64,000 bases of DNA from the human T2T-CHM13v2.0 reference genome, Homo sapiens, in NCBI RefSeq assembly GCF_009914755.1, contig NC_060931.1; one strand, written 5' to 3'. The notes beneath the pieces are model-generated. The model did no database searches, was not told the origin of the DNA, and saw nothing but the letters and a program-made list of their open reading frames with translations. Position numbers and translations under genes: made by a program. Positions 15,111-31,945 of this stretch are shown one piece after another (within the stretch, counting starts at the first letter, position 1; each line of letters opens with the position of its first letter).

Positions 15111-17212
15111 AGTTTATAAGGCTTAGATAAGGCTTAGAAATATAGGCTTTCAAATCAGACCAACCTAGACTCAAATCCTGCCTTTTCTGTTGCTGGATGC
15201 ATTACGGTATCACAGCCTTCTGGCTACCCGGTTTCAGAGCCTCAGTGAGCTTATCAGGACTCTAAGAATGAGAAAGAGGACACCTGGCCTGGCAAGGAGT
15301 GAGTGCTGGTTTCAGTCCTGCCTTGGTGGGGTGGTCTCATGCAGTGCAAAGCCCACACAAACATATGTGGCTGCCCTGCCTAACTTATCTCAGGCCTTCC
15401 TGGCTCCATGCCTCAGTTTCCTTATCAGTCAAATGAAGATAATAAGAGATATTTGAAGTGATTAAATGAGGTAGTAGATACCAAGTGCTTAGCATAGTGC
15501 CAGGCACATAGCAGACTCTCAATAAACTCTAACTAAACCAAAAGGGCACAGAGGATCCCAGCATCTGCTCTCATCCACCGATACTTGAAAGGTATATATG
15601 TGGGGTGCAAATCATGGTCACCATCAGAAAACTTCTGCTTCCTTAGTCCCTTCTGGTCCCACCGTGGAAGGAGGGGTGGACAGGGTGGAGGCAGAAGCAC
15701 CAGCAGAGGGTGGGAGCAGCAGCCTTCCACATTCATGCAGAGTAGAGGACTCCTTCTGGGTGAGGCAGTGAGGAAGAAAAGCAGAACGAGGTGGGGCCAG
15801 ATTCAATGGCCCTTTTCCAGGACCTGTCAGCCCTACTTCACAAGCCCACCTGCTTCTCCATCTCTAGTATTCTAGGCACTGCTTAAGCCTGGACTAGTGG
15901 TTAAAGGTCCCATCTGTATAGGACATTCTGGAAGAGGAGTAAGGAGGAACTCCAGCCTCCTCATGCACAAACATGTTGTCTCCTGCAATCCTGAAGTATG
16001 TTAGGCATTGGGGCTCTCTGCTGGTTCTAAGATGCCTCCCAGAGAAATAACTCTATAAGCCCCCCTCTAGGCTGCTCCAATTTTCTGGAAGCAGGAGGCC
16101 CCAGCGCATGTCTCCCTGCTGGTCTGTTAGTCTCTCTTGTACTTCTGTTATTCATGGCTTCCCAGGGCATGGAGCTCAGAAGGTGGTCTCCAAACCTGCT
16201 GGGAGAATAAGGAGTGCTAAGTGTCCTGACATTCCTGGGGAGTCCTAGTGCCCTAGGACTGTGAACAAGTCAGCAAGTCAGAGAAGAGGAGAAGATAAAA
16301 AAGGAAAAATCGAGCCCTCATGCAGTAGGGCATAGGATGCTGCACAGGCTGCCTTTGGGACCAGCTGTGTCTGCAGCAGTGTAGCCTTGGGCAGGGAGTC
16401 CAGGAGGGTTTTAAGGATAACCCTAGACCTAATCAACTGCACCTGCTCAGTGCCTTTCCTCTGCAAATGAGAACGAAGAGCCACACAATTCCAATGAATG
16501 GCCATTGAAATTCACATCAATAAGGAAATGGTATCAGAGCCTGGGAGGGCAGGAATTGAGAACGTAGACATTAGGAGGCAATTTGATTCTGCAGGGAGCG
16601 CTGGTGCAGGGTGAGGCAGAGCCCCAAGCACCCTGTCCCCAGCACTGGCCCAGAACAGGCTCTGCTCAGGAGCAACAAGCGGGAGCACTCCCCTCGGCAG
16701 CCACCAGAGGTCATTGGTTCCTGCTGTTCGAGCTGTAGGCTGCTCTGCAGTGCCTTCCAGCCAGTACAGCCCAGACAGTTACTGTTTCCCAACAGTCCTG
16801 GAGGAAACCCTGACCCAAGGGGAGACAGGGCAACTCCTTACAGAACACCCTCCATCCCCCTGCCAGGAAGGCTGGGAGCTGGCACCTTGAGCAGAGACCC
16901 TGGGCTCCCATCCTAAGCCTTTGGCCTTCAAGAAGCTTTTTCTGAGCACGCTGAAAGATGAGGAAATGGCAAAGCATCCCAGGCTACTTATCAGTGCTCC
17001 AGCTTCTGGCCAGGTACCCTGACACCTGCTGCTCCCAGTTTCCTGCCAGAGGAAAAGCCCTCAGGAGCACCTTCCCTCCCCCAGGCATCACTCACTCACT
17101 CTGCTTTTTCCTTTTTTGTATTAGAATCCGGTTCTGGGCAGGCAGCCTTGCACCTGAACCACCTCCATCCAGAAAACAAAGCACATTTTCTTTTTAAACC
17201 CTCAAGGGTTTA

Positions 17213-17647
<435 letters not shown>

Positions 17648-18878
17648 CTATGTTAACAATATCAGCATCCAGTTAGAAACCAGCTCTTCCCTGAAATTCA
17701 GTCACTCACAAGTCAGTCTGACCAAAGTCCACCTCTTAAACAGCTGTTAAAAGGTCCAGGCCTCAGCATCGCTTGCAACCTTTCTGGCTTGGCCTCTCTG
17801 TGTGTTCTAATCTGTTTGCACTCAGCCACCAACGCAAATCTGACCATGAAAGTCTTTGTGGGCTGCCCAAGGCCCAGAGGTCCAAGTGTAACCTTCACAG
17901 CCTGGCCCACCCCACCCCTCCTGCCCCAGCCACCTTCTCCTGTAGCCTCGCTGGACTTCTCACTTCTCCTTGAACACCAGTGCTCCGGCCTGGCTCTGTG
18001 CCTTTCTGTGGGCCGGGCTCTCCTGCTGGTGTGCCCTCCCCCATTCTCCAGGTGAACACTCCCCCATCTGTCCAGATCCGGAGGAAACATCCTCTTCTCT
18101 CCCAGTGCCTGCTGTTCCTTCCTAGGTGTTTCTGCTGCACTCATCATGTCCTATGGCAAGGTTTTATTTCTACATCTATGTGTCCTGACCAGACTGTGAG
18201 CTGCCTGATGATGGGAACCCTGTCCCAGTATACATGTCGCTCTGGAATTATCCCAGCAGCCTATACATTATCTAGCATTTAGGAAGGGCTCGATAAATGT
18301 TTGATGAATGAATTAATGTTCTCAGTGGAAGTTAAATCACATAACACAATAAAAACCAAACTGGCACCCCACCAATGCTTGGTAAGAACAAATGCTTTAG
18401 GTGGGGATCAGGCTGTGCTGCCTCTCCTCTTCTGAGAAGAGATTGTGCAATGACAAAGGTGAAGTGTCCGCTCATAGCGGCACATGCTGCACACCTACCA
18501 TGCATGAGCAGTGAGTTATGCACTCACGTGCAATACCGTGTTTAATCTCTATCCCCAATTTCATAGATGTGGAGCCTGAGGCTGAGAAAGGCTTGCCCCA
18601 GGTCATTCCACAAAATGAAGGGCAGAGAGAGCTTGACGTCAGGCAACACCGAGGGTGGTGCTCTTTACTGTAGCACTGGAAGCCAGAAGGCCAGGGGTCA
18701 AGTCTCAGCTCCTCTGCTGTCCCACTGTGTATGTAATCTCAGCCCATCGCTTCATCTCTTTGGGCTCTGTTTTCTTATCTTCACCACAAAATAGTCTTTA
18801 GGCTCAAATAGGATTGGGCTATCAAAACATCTAAAAATCATAATGAGCTATGCAGCTATGAAGGACCATGGTTACTAA

Positions 18879-19207
<329 letters not shown>

Positions 19208-20742
19208 ACACTTCAGGCCATTTTCTTCCTTCCCCAGCTGTCTTGGTCTTACTTTTCCTCCCAAAGCTGGATTCCCTATTTCTGAGCACTTCTGTGACTT
19301 CACAAGGTTGGCTGCATTTACACCCAAGGAGCTGTCCATTGTCCTTACCTTTGCTCATCTGAAAACCCAGTGAGCAGGCAGCCTTAGATGTTTAAATTCC
19401 CACGGCCTCCCTGTCCTGGAAGGGACACTCTGCCCCCACCCGCAGCCCCCACATGCTTCAATATTCTGGTCTGTCTACCTTCCCACCCTCTCTTACCCCT
19501 TCCCTCTGAAGTCCATTACAAAAACATTAAACTTCTACTCTGTAGGCAAACAAGTGGGAGCCATCAAAGAGTTGTGGGCAGAACGGGCTCACATCACTCT
19601 GGGGGGGTGTGTGGGGTGGACAGGAGGATGGGCAGAGTGAGGGGCAAGGAGGCCAGGGAGAGGCAACTGCAAGAATCCTGCTGAGGAATGCAGGGCAGTC
19701 ACAGGGGTAGGGTCCTTGCAGTGTCTGCGGCTCCTTGGGTTGCTCGTATTTCACAGCCTGAGACGACTCTCTGTGTCTTCAGGGAGCCATCAATCCTGAG
19801 CCTTGGTCTTGCCCCCAGTTCACGCCAGCACCAGGCAGGAAGAGATAAGCCGCCCAGTTTCTCCCACAGGCATCTGGCCAGGGCCTCTCAGTGATCGCTT
19901 CCCTCTCCATAAAGCGTTGGGAAGACTTCCAGAGTGCTTACACTCCCTCAGCCCCAGTTGCTCCGGGAAGACCCGCCTGGTAATTCCAAGCATTTGGAGA
20001 GGAGCCCCGCCTACCTGGGGAGAGGGAGCCCTCCCCCACCTGCTGCAGGGCATGCACAGGGAGGCCAGGGAGCCTGCTGATTTTTCTTTTGCTTTGGCTC
20101 ATTTTCCTCCTGGAGCAGCGGGCTCATCTTCTGCATTTTTAATAGCTGAGCATATTTAGCATTCAACACACACGTGTGGGTTGATAAGGCCCAAAGAGAA
20201 GGCAACAAGCCATCCAGGGGAGGAAATCCTCCTCCTACCTCCTCTCTGCCTCCTGCCCACCTCAGCCTACAACTGTGGGTCTGAGTTCCCCATCAATTCG
20301 CCAGGCCAGACCAGGGTTACCGAAGTGATAGCAGCTGAGAGAGTCAGACTGGCTGACTCGGTCACTGTGCCAGGGTCTGGTCCCATGGCTGAGCAGGGAC
20401 TCATAAGTAAAGGCTGAAATGCTCATCGGAGCTCAAAAGGGCCAAACAGCCATAACTCCTTCTTGATTCTTATGTGGGGACCGAGTCTTCTTGCCCACCT
20501 CCCTCCACTGTCATCAACTACATAGATGTCAACACTGTGAGATGGTGGCCAGGTACCCCCTGACCTCTGGCTCCCACAGGGGTGGTCCCCACTGTCAGGA
20601 CAGTGAACCAGTGGAAGGGGCCTCTGAGAGGCTGAGTACAGGGCTGGGGATGCTGGGCAGCCTGTGGGTGCTGTCAGGCAGTTCTGCAGGGAACAAACCT
20701 GGTAACATGGCAATGCTCTGTTTTCCCCTTTCTTCTTCTTCC

Positions 20743-21084
<342 letters not shown>

Positions 21085-21279
21085 TAAAGGAGAAAATAAC
21101 AAAACCACAGACCATTTAACCTTGTGCTGGAATGCCAGGAGGTCAGCCTGAACTCTAGAGTAGTGTTTTTATTGCTGTACATGTGAATTTGAGCTATTTG
21201 GAAAGGGTGGCCCTAACCTGCTGTTAAATCTAATCTAAGGGCCACGGTCCAGTATGGGTTGGCACTGCTTATGCTTTCT

Positions 21280-21298
21280 TGGCCAGTAGGGGGCGATA
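21280..21298 (+). promoter_or_regulatory. CTCF core motif
   Basis: TGGCCAGTAGGGGGCGATA is close to the consensus TGGCCACCAGGGGGCGCTA and retains its CpG. Confidence 0.65.
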
Positions 21299-21544
21299 CA
21301 GAGTTCACTTGGAGCAATGGAACGAACTTGGGCAGGGAGTTCTCTGCACCGCCTGATGCAGGTCTTCCAGGTCTGTTTCCACCACAGACCCAGCAGCACC
21401 AGGCCAAGGGGAGAAAGGAGCTGGAATTTAGCAACTCCTGATGGGAGCGTAACATTTAAAGAGATTAGAGGAGCCCAATTGACACACCATTGAATTGAAA
21501 AAACCAGAGGGTCCCACCCAGGGTCAGTGGCCTATGTGTCTAGA

Positions 21545-23420
<1,876 letters not shown>

Positions 23421-23899
23421 GTCTAAACAATTCTAGACAAAAGGTCAGCCATCTCCAGGAATGGAAATCTCAGAATCCCTTTCAATGGTCACATCCATTT
23501 CATTCAATTCGACAAATATTTACTGACACGAGTACCACGCTTGTTGAGTTGGTGAGAGGTTTCCATACAGGAGGCCCTGCAGTAACTACTGGGCAGGAGG
23601 AAGACAGGAAGTGGAGTCTATGGCCGACCAGAGAAAGTGTCACATGTGAGGTAAAAATTAAGTGCTCCGGGGATTAAAAGAAAGGCGATAGCATATCAGG
23701 TTGTTGGCAAGGAGGAAGTGAATGAGGAAAGGGCATTGAGAGAAGGTAGCCAGTGAAACGGGCAATAAGAATGGTAAGGATTATGGCCAGGAGAGAAGGG
23801 GACTGAATGCTGTGGAGACACCGGGCTTAGCAGACCCAGTGCCCTCAGACTCCTCTTTCCCTGTCCCAATCCTCCATGGCACCACCCTTGGCCTCTGTT

Positions 23900-24640
23900 C
23901 TTCTTCTTCTCACACCATATACCTCCCTGGCAGGCCCATCTGTACCCACAGCTTCCATGCCCACGTCTACACTGATGACTCTCTAGTCCTGGCCCATACC
24001 TATCTCTTGACCCCTGGTTCCAAACATTCAATGCCCACTCACATTTCTTTTCTCTTTCTTTTTTTTTTTGAGACGTGTAGATATTTCTTAGATACTTCAA
24101 AATCCACTGACTTCCCAGCTGAACTCATCCTTCCTTTCCCTCCCTCAACTCTGGCCCTTACTGTCCTTCCCTTGAGGAAGCGGCAGGACCACAACTCTGC
24201 TGTCGTAATGCCTTCCCTTGTACTCCAGCCCTACATATGACCAGCCCCAAAGTCCTGCGGAGTTTTCCCTCCTTAATATTTATCTCACCCAGCCCCTCCG
24301 TACACACCACTGCCTGGATCCAGGCTGTCACCACGCCTCGCCTGGGTGACACAACATCCTCACCGTTCTTGCTGCTTCCTGTGTGACCCCCCGAGCCATC
24401 ATTCTACGTGGCTGTCAAGGTGACCAGACTACATGAGAAAACTGCTCCTTTAACACCGCTTTGAAATTTCCAGGGTGAAGTCCAAATTCCTGAACTTAAC
24501 ACATACAGCAGAACTTCATAATCTGGGCCTCACTCCCCTACCCAGTTTCACATCCTGCCTCTCCCCACATGCAAATACTTTTGCACATTCTGTTCCCTTT
24601 GCCTAGGACACCCTTCCAACTCTCTTAGATAGAATTTTTT
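23900..24640. mobile_element. L2 fragment
   Basis: L2-like blocks ACTGATGACTCTC, CTGAACTCATC and CAGGGTGAAGTCCAAATTCCT. Confidence 0.55.
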
Positions 24641-24733
24641 TTTTTTTGGTGGTAAAATAGACATAACATTAAAAATTTACCATTCTAATTCCATTCTCTT
24701 TGTCTACCTCCTTCCTACTACTTGTCCTTCTAA

Positions 24734-25054
<321 letters not shown>

Positions 25055-25218
25055 AGAAGTGACCTCTTTTGAAAAACCCTTTCTGAGTCCTCAGCCTGGG
25101 TTAGGTACCCTTCTCCTTTGCTACCAACCTCATAGTCCTTATCACTTTGTACTGTGTTAGCTTATGTTTCTATTTACAGACTCCCTAAGACAATGTCTGT
25201 GTCTTAACTTTGTATCCC

Positions 25219-25386
25219 CAGGGCTGCAGTGTACAGTTGTATAGGTTATGCACTGTGAGAGGATGCCTGGCTAAGGAAATAAGCAGTGGATGAAGGCCAT
25301 TAGTCAACTGTGCACCTGGTACAGGCCTGTATCCAGACTGTTTTCTAATTTGCACAAAGGTGCTTGTGTGACACCAGTGGGCCCTG
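25219..25386. mobile_element. MER91-like hAT MITE inserted in an L2 3' end
   Basis: CAGGGC...GCCCTG termini and a perfect 8-bp TSD TGTATCCC (25211-25218 and 25387-25394). Confidence 0.75.
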
Positions 25387-26193
25387 TGTATCCCCTGTGC
25401 TTGTTATAGAGTTGGCACACAGTATTACAATAGGTGCTCATTAAATGTTGAGTAAAGATGGACGGATGTTCTAGGCAAAGGTACCAGGGGTAGAGATGGG
25501 GGGAAATCTGGCCTAATAGGGTGGTATTGGATACTCAGTATTGACTTAGGGTGGTTGCAGCTAGTTTGTAGAGGGTCCGTTATGTTGGGCTGAGGGACTA
25601 ACTCTTTAATTCAGGAGGCAGTGAGGAACTTTGTGAATTTTTGATAGGACTGTGATATAGAATTTCAAAATATTCAGGCTTGAAAATGAGACTCAGAGAA
25701 GTAAAGTGACTTTTTCAAGGACACACAGAAAGTTAGAGGCAGGGCCCAGACTTGAATTTGATTTTCTTACTCCTAGCTCAGTACAGGTCTGGGGAACTGC
25801 ACTCTGGGGAGCTGCACTCTGGGATAGCTCAGAACTGAGGCTGAGCCCTCTAAGGCTCAAAACCAAATCATCCCAGCCTTGGTGACTCTATCTCTTCCCT
25901 GACACATGTTCCTGGACGTGTTGGGTAAATGGATGACAGCCAGGCAGATGGGAGGTGAGGACAGTTAGGAGACCGCTGCAGTCCATGGTTCAGCCTCATT
26001 CATGGTGCACCACTGGTTCTGTCCTCAGAATATTTACCGACTTGCAGGCATGGCAAATTGCCCGTGCCTTTCTCTTCTTCCCACAGGTGAACATTCGAGT
26101 CTTTTCACTACGAGCTATCTCTCTCCTTACAAATCTCTTGGTTGCTCATCTCTGGACCTGGGCTAGTTTCTTTAGATTCTTTCTTTTCTTTCT

Positions 26194-26249
26194 TTCCTTC
26201 CTTCCTTCCTTCCTTCCTTCCTTCCTTCCTTCCTTCCTTCCTTCCTTCC
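26194..26249. repeat. (TTCC)14 / (GGAA)14 microsatellite
   Basis: Read directly. Confidence 0.93.
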
Positions 26250-26256
26250 TTCTTTC

Positions 26257-26269
<13 letters not shown>

Positions 26270-26290
<21 letters not shown>

Positions 26291-26568
26291 AAGCCAGAGT
26301 CTTGCCCTGTTGCCCAGCCTGGAGTGCAATGGAGCGATCTTGGCTCACTGCAACCTCCAACTCCCAGGTTCAAGAAATTCTCCTGCCTCAGCCTCCTGAG
26401 TAGCTGGGATTACAGGTGTGTGCCACCACGCCTGGCTAATTTTTTGTATCTTTAGTAGAGATGAGGTTTCACCATGTTGGCCAGGCTGGTCTTGAACTCC
26501 TGACCTTGTGATCTGCCCATCTCGGCCTCCCAAAGTGCTGGGATTACAGATGTGAGCCACTGCGCCCA
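26270..26568 (-). mobile_element. AluS whose tail expanded into a TTCC/TTTC repeat
   Basis: Antisense dimer. TSD AGATTCTTTCT flanks the repeat plus the Alu. Confidence 0.9.
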
Positions 26569-27034
26569 GTCAGATTCTTTCTGCCCCTTTTTGCCCCTAG
26601 CTGAAGGGGACTTGACTGTGGCAGGTCTTAAGAAGTGTGTGTTGAGTTGGACTGGATTGAGTGTGGACAATGATTTGAACCAATGGTCTCCCTGAAGGTT
26701 TGCCTTTTGGGCGAGTGCTTTTTGGTGCCATGGGGCTACATGAGACCTCTCATTTGCTCTTTTACAAGGAGAGTTCATTGATGATCTTCCCCGAGCTCCC
26801 TGGGTCTCCTCCTGGCTTATGTGCTCCTTCCCTGGCTTTCCTTATTTTGTTTCTCTGTAGCTCATTTCTAGACTCTGAATAAATTATTTGATCATTTTTA
26901 TCTTCACTCTGAGTCTGAAGAGCCATTTCTCTAATTTTTTTTAGAGAGATTTGACTTGTCAATCTTTATCCCAGGATGGAAGTGCTGTCCTTTGGCACAC
27001 ATGATAACATAGTAATAATAACCATGACGTTATG

Positions 27035-27270
27035 CTAAATTATTTATTGAACATATACTATGATCCAGATACTGTGCCTGCTGCTTTATAAAAACTAGCT
27101 CACTTAATCCTCACAACAATCCCATGGAATAGAGCTATTATTGGCCCCACTTTACAGATGAGGAAATGGAAGCACAATAAGATCAAATAACTTGCCCAAG
27201 GTCACCCAGCTGAAATTTGTGCCCAGGCCAGTGACTCCAGAGCTTGTGGTTACATCGGGACACCATGCAG
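27035..27270. mobile_element. MIR
   Basis: MIR core CCCCACTTTACAGATGAGGAAATGGAAGCAC...AACTTGCCCAAGGTCAC. Confidence 0.8.
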
Positions 27271-27933
27271 CCCCAGTAAATAAACTCTCAGGCACATTCT
27301 CAGGTCACAGATAAGACGGATTGCAGGTTAGTGACTGGGAGACTCACATCGCCGGTGGGTGGGCAAACACCACTCTCCGGCTGAGTCTTCCCTAACCAGC
27401 TACAGCCTCCTGCAGGATGGACCCGCAATCCCAACAACCCAAGGAGAACAAAGCTTGCCCACGAGGCCCAGCTGTGTGGCAGGTAACTCCTCCACAGCCA
27501 TGCCTACACCTTTCCACTCCATCACAAGAGGCTCTGTAATTGATCTGACATAATTAGCTCTTTACTAAGTTATCATAATTTCCAGTGTGCAGTGACAAAC
27601 CCATTGATGGATGATTTTACTCTACAGCTTGCCTAGGTACGAACTTAAGTGCAATTAACTGTCATCAATTAATGGAACACTTTTTTTCTTTAAATACATA
27701 AATTAGATGGACTCCACACTTATCCCTTCTCTGTCTTCTCAAGGCTTGAAAGATAAGCATAGAGGTGCTGTCAGAAGCCAGTTCCTTAAGTACTCCAAGG
27801 TGGGTGCCAACAGCATTTGAAGATACTCATCTTCCTTGTTTTAAGTTTGGTTTCCTAGCTGTCTTTTCCACAGGCAACCTTTTCTGACTTTTTAGTAAGG
27901 GCTGAGATAACAAAATGAATTAAAAGCCTCAGA

Positions 27934-29028
27934 TTTTTTTTTTCTTTTTTTTGAGACAGGAGTCTCACTTTGTCATCCAGGCTGGAGCGCAGTGGCACAA
28001 TCTCGGCTCGCTGCAACCTCTGCCTCCCGGGTTGAAGCAACTCTCCTGCTTGCCTCAGCCTCCCCAGTAGCTGGGATTACAGGTGTGTAACACTATGCCC
28101 AGCTAATTTTTATATTTTTAGTAGAGATGGGGTTTCGCCACGTTGGTCAGGCCGGTCTTGAACTCCTGACCTCAAGTGATCTGCCCACCTCAGCCTCCCA
28201 AAGTGCTGGGATTACAGGCATGAGCCACCACGCCTGGCCAAAAGCCTCTGAATTTTCACAGCCCACTCCCCCAAAGGGGTGACCTTCTACTTGGCTTTCT
28301 TCTCTTTCTCCCATGGTCAGCTCCCAATTAGTTGCCTCTGCTGGTGGCTATTCCACTATTCCACAGGACCTGGGACCCAGTGTTGCGGGTAGGGCCGTGG
28401 TCTTGCTCCACACCAGGCACACTGTCAGTGCTTTTGATTTTACACCAGAGCTTCTCTTCACTGGGGTGGAAAATTGAGAGGTGGCAGCAGAACTGAGAAA
28501 TATTTCCCTGTTACCCTTTTCTTAGACACAACTTGGCTCAACTCTCAAGAGAATTAAAAAAATCCCCCGTCAGGCATACGGTATATACATGTATATATCT
28601 ACTCTGTCTCAAATATATATATATATGTATGTGTGTATATGTATAATATATGTATACATATATGTATAATATATGTATAATATATATATACATATGTATA
28701 ATATATATATGTATAATATACATATATATATTATGTATGTGTGTGTATATATATATATTTGAGACAGAGTTTCACTGTCACCCAGGCTGGAGTGCAGTGG
28801 CGTGATCTCGGCTCACCACAACTCCGCCTCCCGGGTTCAAGCAATTCTGCTTCAGCCTCCTGAGTAGCTGGGATTACAGGTGTGTGCCACCACACCTGAC
28901 TAATTTTTGTATTTTTAGTAGAGACAGGGTTTCACTGTGTTGCCCAGGCTGGTTTCAAACTCCTGACCTCAGGTGATCTACCCACCTCAGCCTCCCAAAG
29001 TGCTGGGATTACAGGTGTGAGCGTGGCC
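27934..29028 (-). mobile_element. Two antisense AluS elements (27934-28239 and 28758-29028) just downstream of exon 4
   Basis: Alu dimers. The second is preceded by a TA-rich repeat. Confidence 0.88.
28580..28758. repeat. Complex TA/TG-rich repeat with ATATGTATAAT units
   Basis: Read directly. Confidence 0.88.
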
Positions 29029-29235
29029 CATATGGTACTCTTAAGGTCCCACATGCCCTCTAATATTTAGGTTTATCTTTCCATCATTTTGGGTTTCTGT
29101 CCTTTCATTCCTCAGTCCCCCAAATTCCTGCATGTGACACCTAGGAACAAAGCCAGAGAGTAAATACTATTTCCCCATGGTGACAGGAACAGCAGGGGGG
29201 ACAGACAGCAGCTGGCTGCCAGCCAGCTGACTCAC

Positions 29236-29458
29236 CATGGTTTATCCCTTGATCCTTTCGCAGGAAAGACTGTGTGCTGTTTGCTGCTGGAGGTAAGTAG
29301 ATTGTCTTTGGGCGTTTTGAATGGCTTTGAGGTGCTGCTGGCAGAGTGATGGCCGCTGAGACAGGCTTTTGTTTTCACCTGTACTAGTGATGTCCTGGGA
29401 TTGGAGGCTGGAGACACTGGAGAGGGAGAAGGTCTACACATTGAACCGTGTCTTCTCT
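29236..29458 (-). CDS. ATXN7L1: ATXN7L1 coding exon (exon 4 by recollection), 223 nt, (E)RRHGSMCRPSPSPVSPASNP...KGSRDKP(C)
   Basis: Acceptor ttctgcccctgtag|AGAGAAGACAC and donor AAACCATG|gtgagt. The peptide matches the ATXN7L1 protein as I recall it. TG joins T of the next exon to give Cys in frame. Confidence 0.96.
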
Positions 29459-31587
29459 CTACAGGGGCAGAAAGTAGAGAACTCAGCACAGCATCTGTAG
29501 CAGGTGAGGCTCCCACACACTCACATACACTCAAACACACAACAGGCGGAGAGAAGCGCTTTCCCTACAGCACTGGCATTCCTGAAGCCTAGGTTCTGAT
29601 GAGACGATTTGTCTTGACATATGCTCCTATTCCACCAGCTAGCAATAATTATGTTCTGGGTTTCTGTATCAAATGGCATGCTCAACTAACATCAGGGTTC
29701 TCATGGGAGGCATTTACCAGGCCATCTTTCTGCAAAACCACTTCCACAGGAGTAGCAGAGGGACACCAGGTGTCATCTGAACAGTGGGACAACCACACAT
29801 AGCCAAAGCAATTCCTAGACAGCTACACAGAGGCCACAGGTCCATCAGGGCAGTGGACAGGGCAGGACTCTTAACAAACAGGAAACTCTTGAACCTGACA
29901 ATCTGCAGGAGCACTAAAGTAAGACGGACCAGCAGGCTTGAATCGAAAGGACTTTGCAAGCGAGGAAGTGGCCCAGCAGCTGTCCTGGGACTGAGAGGAC
30001 AGTGTCAGCACACCCCTGCTATGGCCTCCTCAGGGTCCACAGAGATTGAGGGCCACATGCAGGAGGATGTCAACGCTTGAGGCAGAATCTGCAATGTGGG
30101 GCATGGACTTGGGCCGGCGAGCACAACTTCCTGAGGTTCTACAGAGAATACCAGAGCTCTGGGCAGAGATGCCTCACTTGTTCACATTCTGTTAGCCACT
30201 GTGCTTTCGACTGAATGGGCAGGATGAGGATACTGACCAGGACAGCAGATGCATGAAGTAAAGTTCTAGTGTGCACCCACTATGGGGTTCTTAAATTGTT
30301 TTAGAATAACAGATCTGATAAAAATTTAAGAACCCAGCAAAACACACTTTTACACCTGCCCAAAAACTTTGTACATGATTACAGGAAGGAATCCCAAACC
30401 CTAAAAAAGACAAAGCTTCCTGAAACCCTAAGTCCTCTCTGGCTCTCTTATGTCTCACACATAATTAGTGCTTAATTAACATGTGTTGAATAAATAAATG
30501 AAATTATAACAGTTCTCCTGAACTAGAGATCTGAAAATCTGGCTGAATTTGATAATGCAAAATGTGACAGGCAAAGATGACAGATCATTCTCTCTCCAGC
30601 CCAAAGCTGAGCCTAGGCTTCTCTCATTAGGGCACCTTTCCTGGTTGCTTTTGCAGGCACCCTGACCTGGGAGATGCAAGCCTCCCACCTGTGGCCAGCT
30701 GCGACAGGAGTCTGGGGTTTTTCTCTGTACTCCCTTGTACCAATGGGTTGCCAGGCTGTCTCAAAGCAGACTGAATTTAGTCTTCTGATGCAATGGGAAT
30801 TAGGAGGAAGCAGATTTTTGAGGATCATCCAATTGCTGGGTTTTTTTGCTTGACCAGTGCTCATATGCTGCCTACAAAGAATAAGTTTACAGGGTGCTTT
30901 TTCCTCATTGAATCAGAGTAGACCTTTGCATACAGCTTAGTTCTCAGAAGCCATCCTGTTGAAGCTTTTGAAAACAAAGAGCTAGTTCTGGGGCCTCTGT
31001 TTTGAGGGCTGGGAGCCAGGAGACCTGGGCTCCCACTCCAACCGCATATACACAGTATTAGGCTCGTGGCCTTCAGTTTACCACTTAAACTTCCTTGGTT
31101 CCTGTGTCTTTATCTGTGAATGAAGTGGGTCCCTAGATGGCTTCGAAGCCTCCTTCCACTCAATCACCATAAATACAAGGGATACTTACACCTGTTCCTT
31201 CCCTTCTCATCTCTCATGATTCCTGGATGTCAGAGCAGTAATAACAGCCAAAATATTGTACAATTTTACTCAGGCAAGATCTTCCTTGGGGGAATTCGTC
31301 CTTTGTAAAATTGTACTGGCTTTTACAACCCCTGTGACACAGGCAGGAAGCAGCCAGGGGTCTCCACCCTCCTCATGGCTGACTGGCCAAAGGAGACCCA
31401 GAGAGGTGAGGTGATTGCCAGGGTCAGGGCTACTCAAAGATCAGGGTGCCTCTGTGCTGAGTACATGGGCCTACCTGCCTCTCAGGAAGGCAGGAAACTA
31501 GGTGAATAAAATTCGAAGCCAGGAAATTAGAAAATGCAGAACTTAGAATCACTAAAGGTTAGAACTGTATCTTAAAAGTCAACTAGT

Positions 31588-31945
<358 letters not shown>

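Noticed and set aside
18634-18641. CRE palindrome TGACGTCA
   Set aside because: Single 8-mer at the edge of a MIR-like segment, expected by chance in 64 kb.
25955-26455. ORFs with LPSF or EGRK repeats (also 56282-57020)
   Set aside because: Translations of the TTCC microsatellites plus Alu.
29228-29235. AP-1 motif TGACTCA
   Set aside because: It overlaps and is explained by the exon-4 donor gtgagtca.
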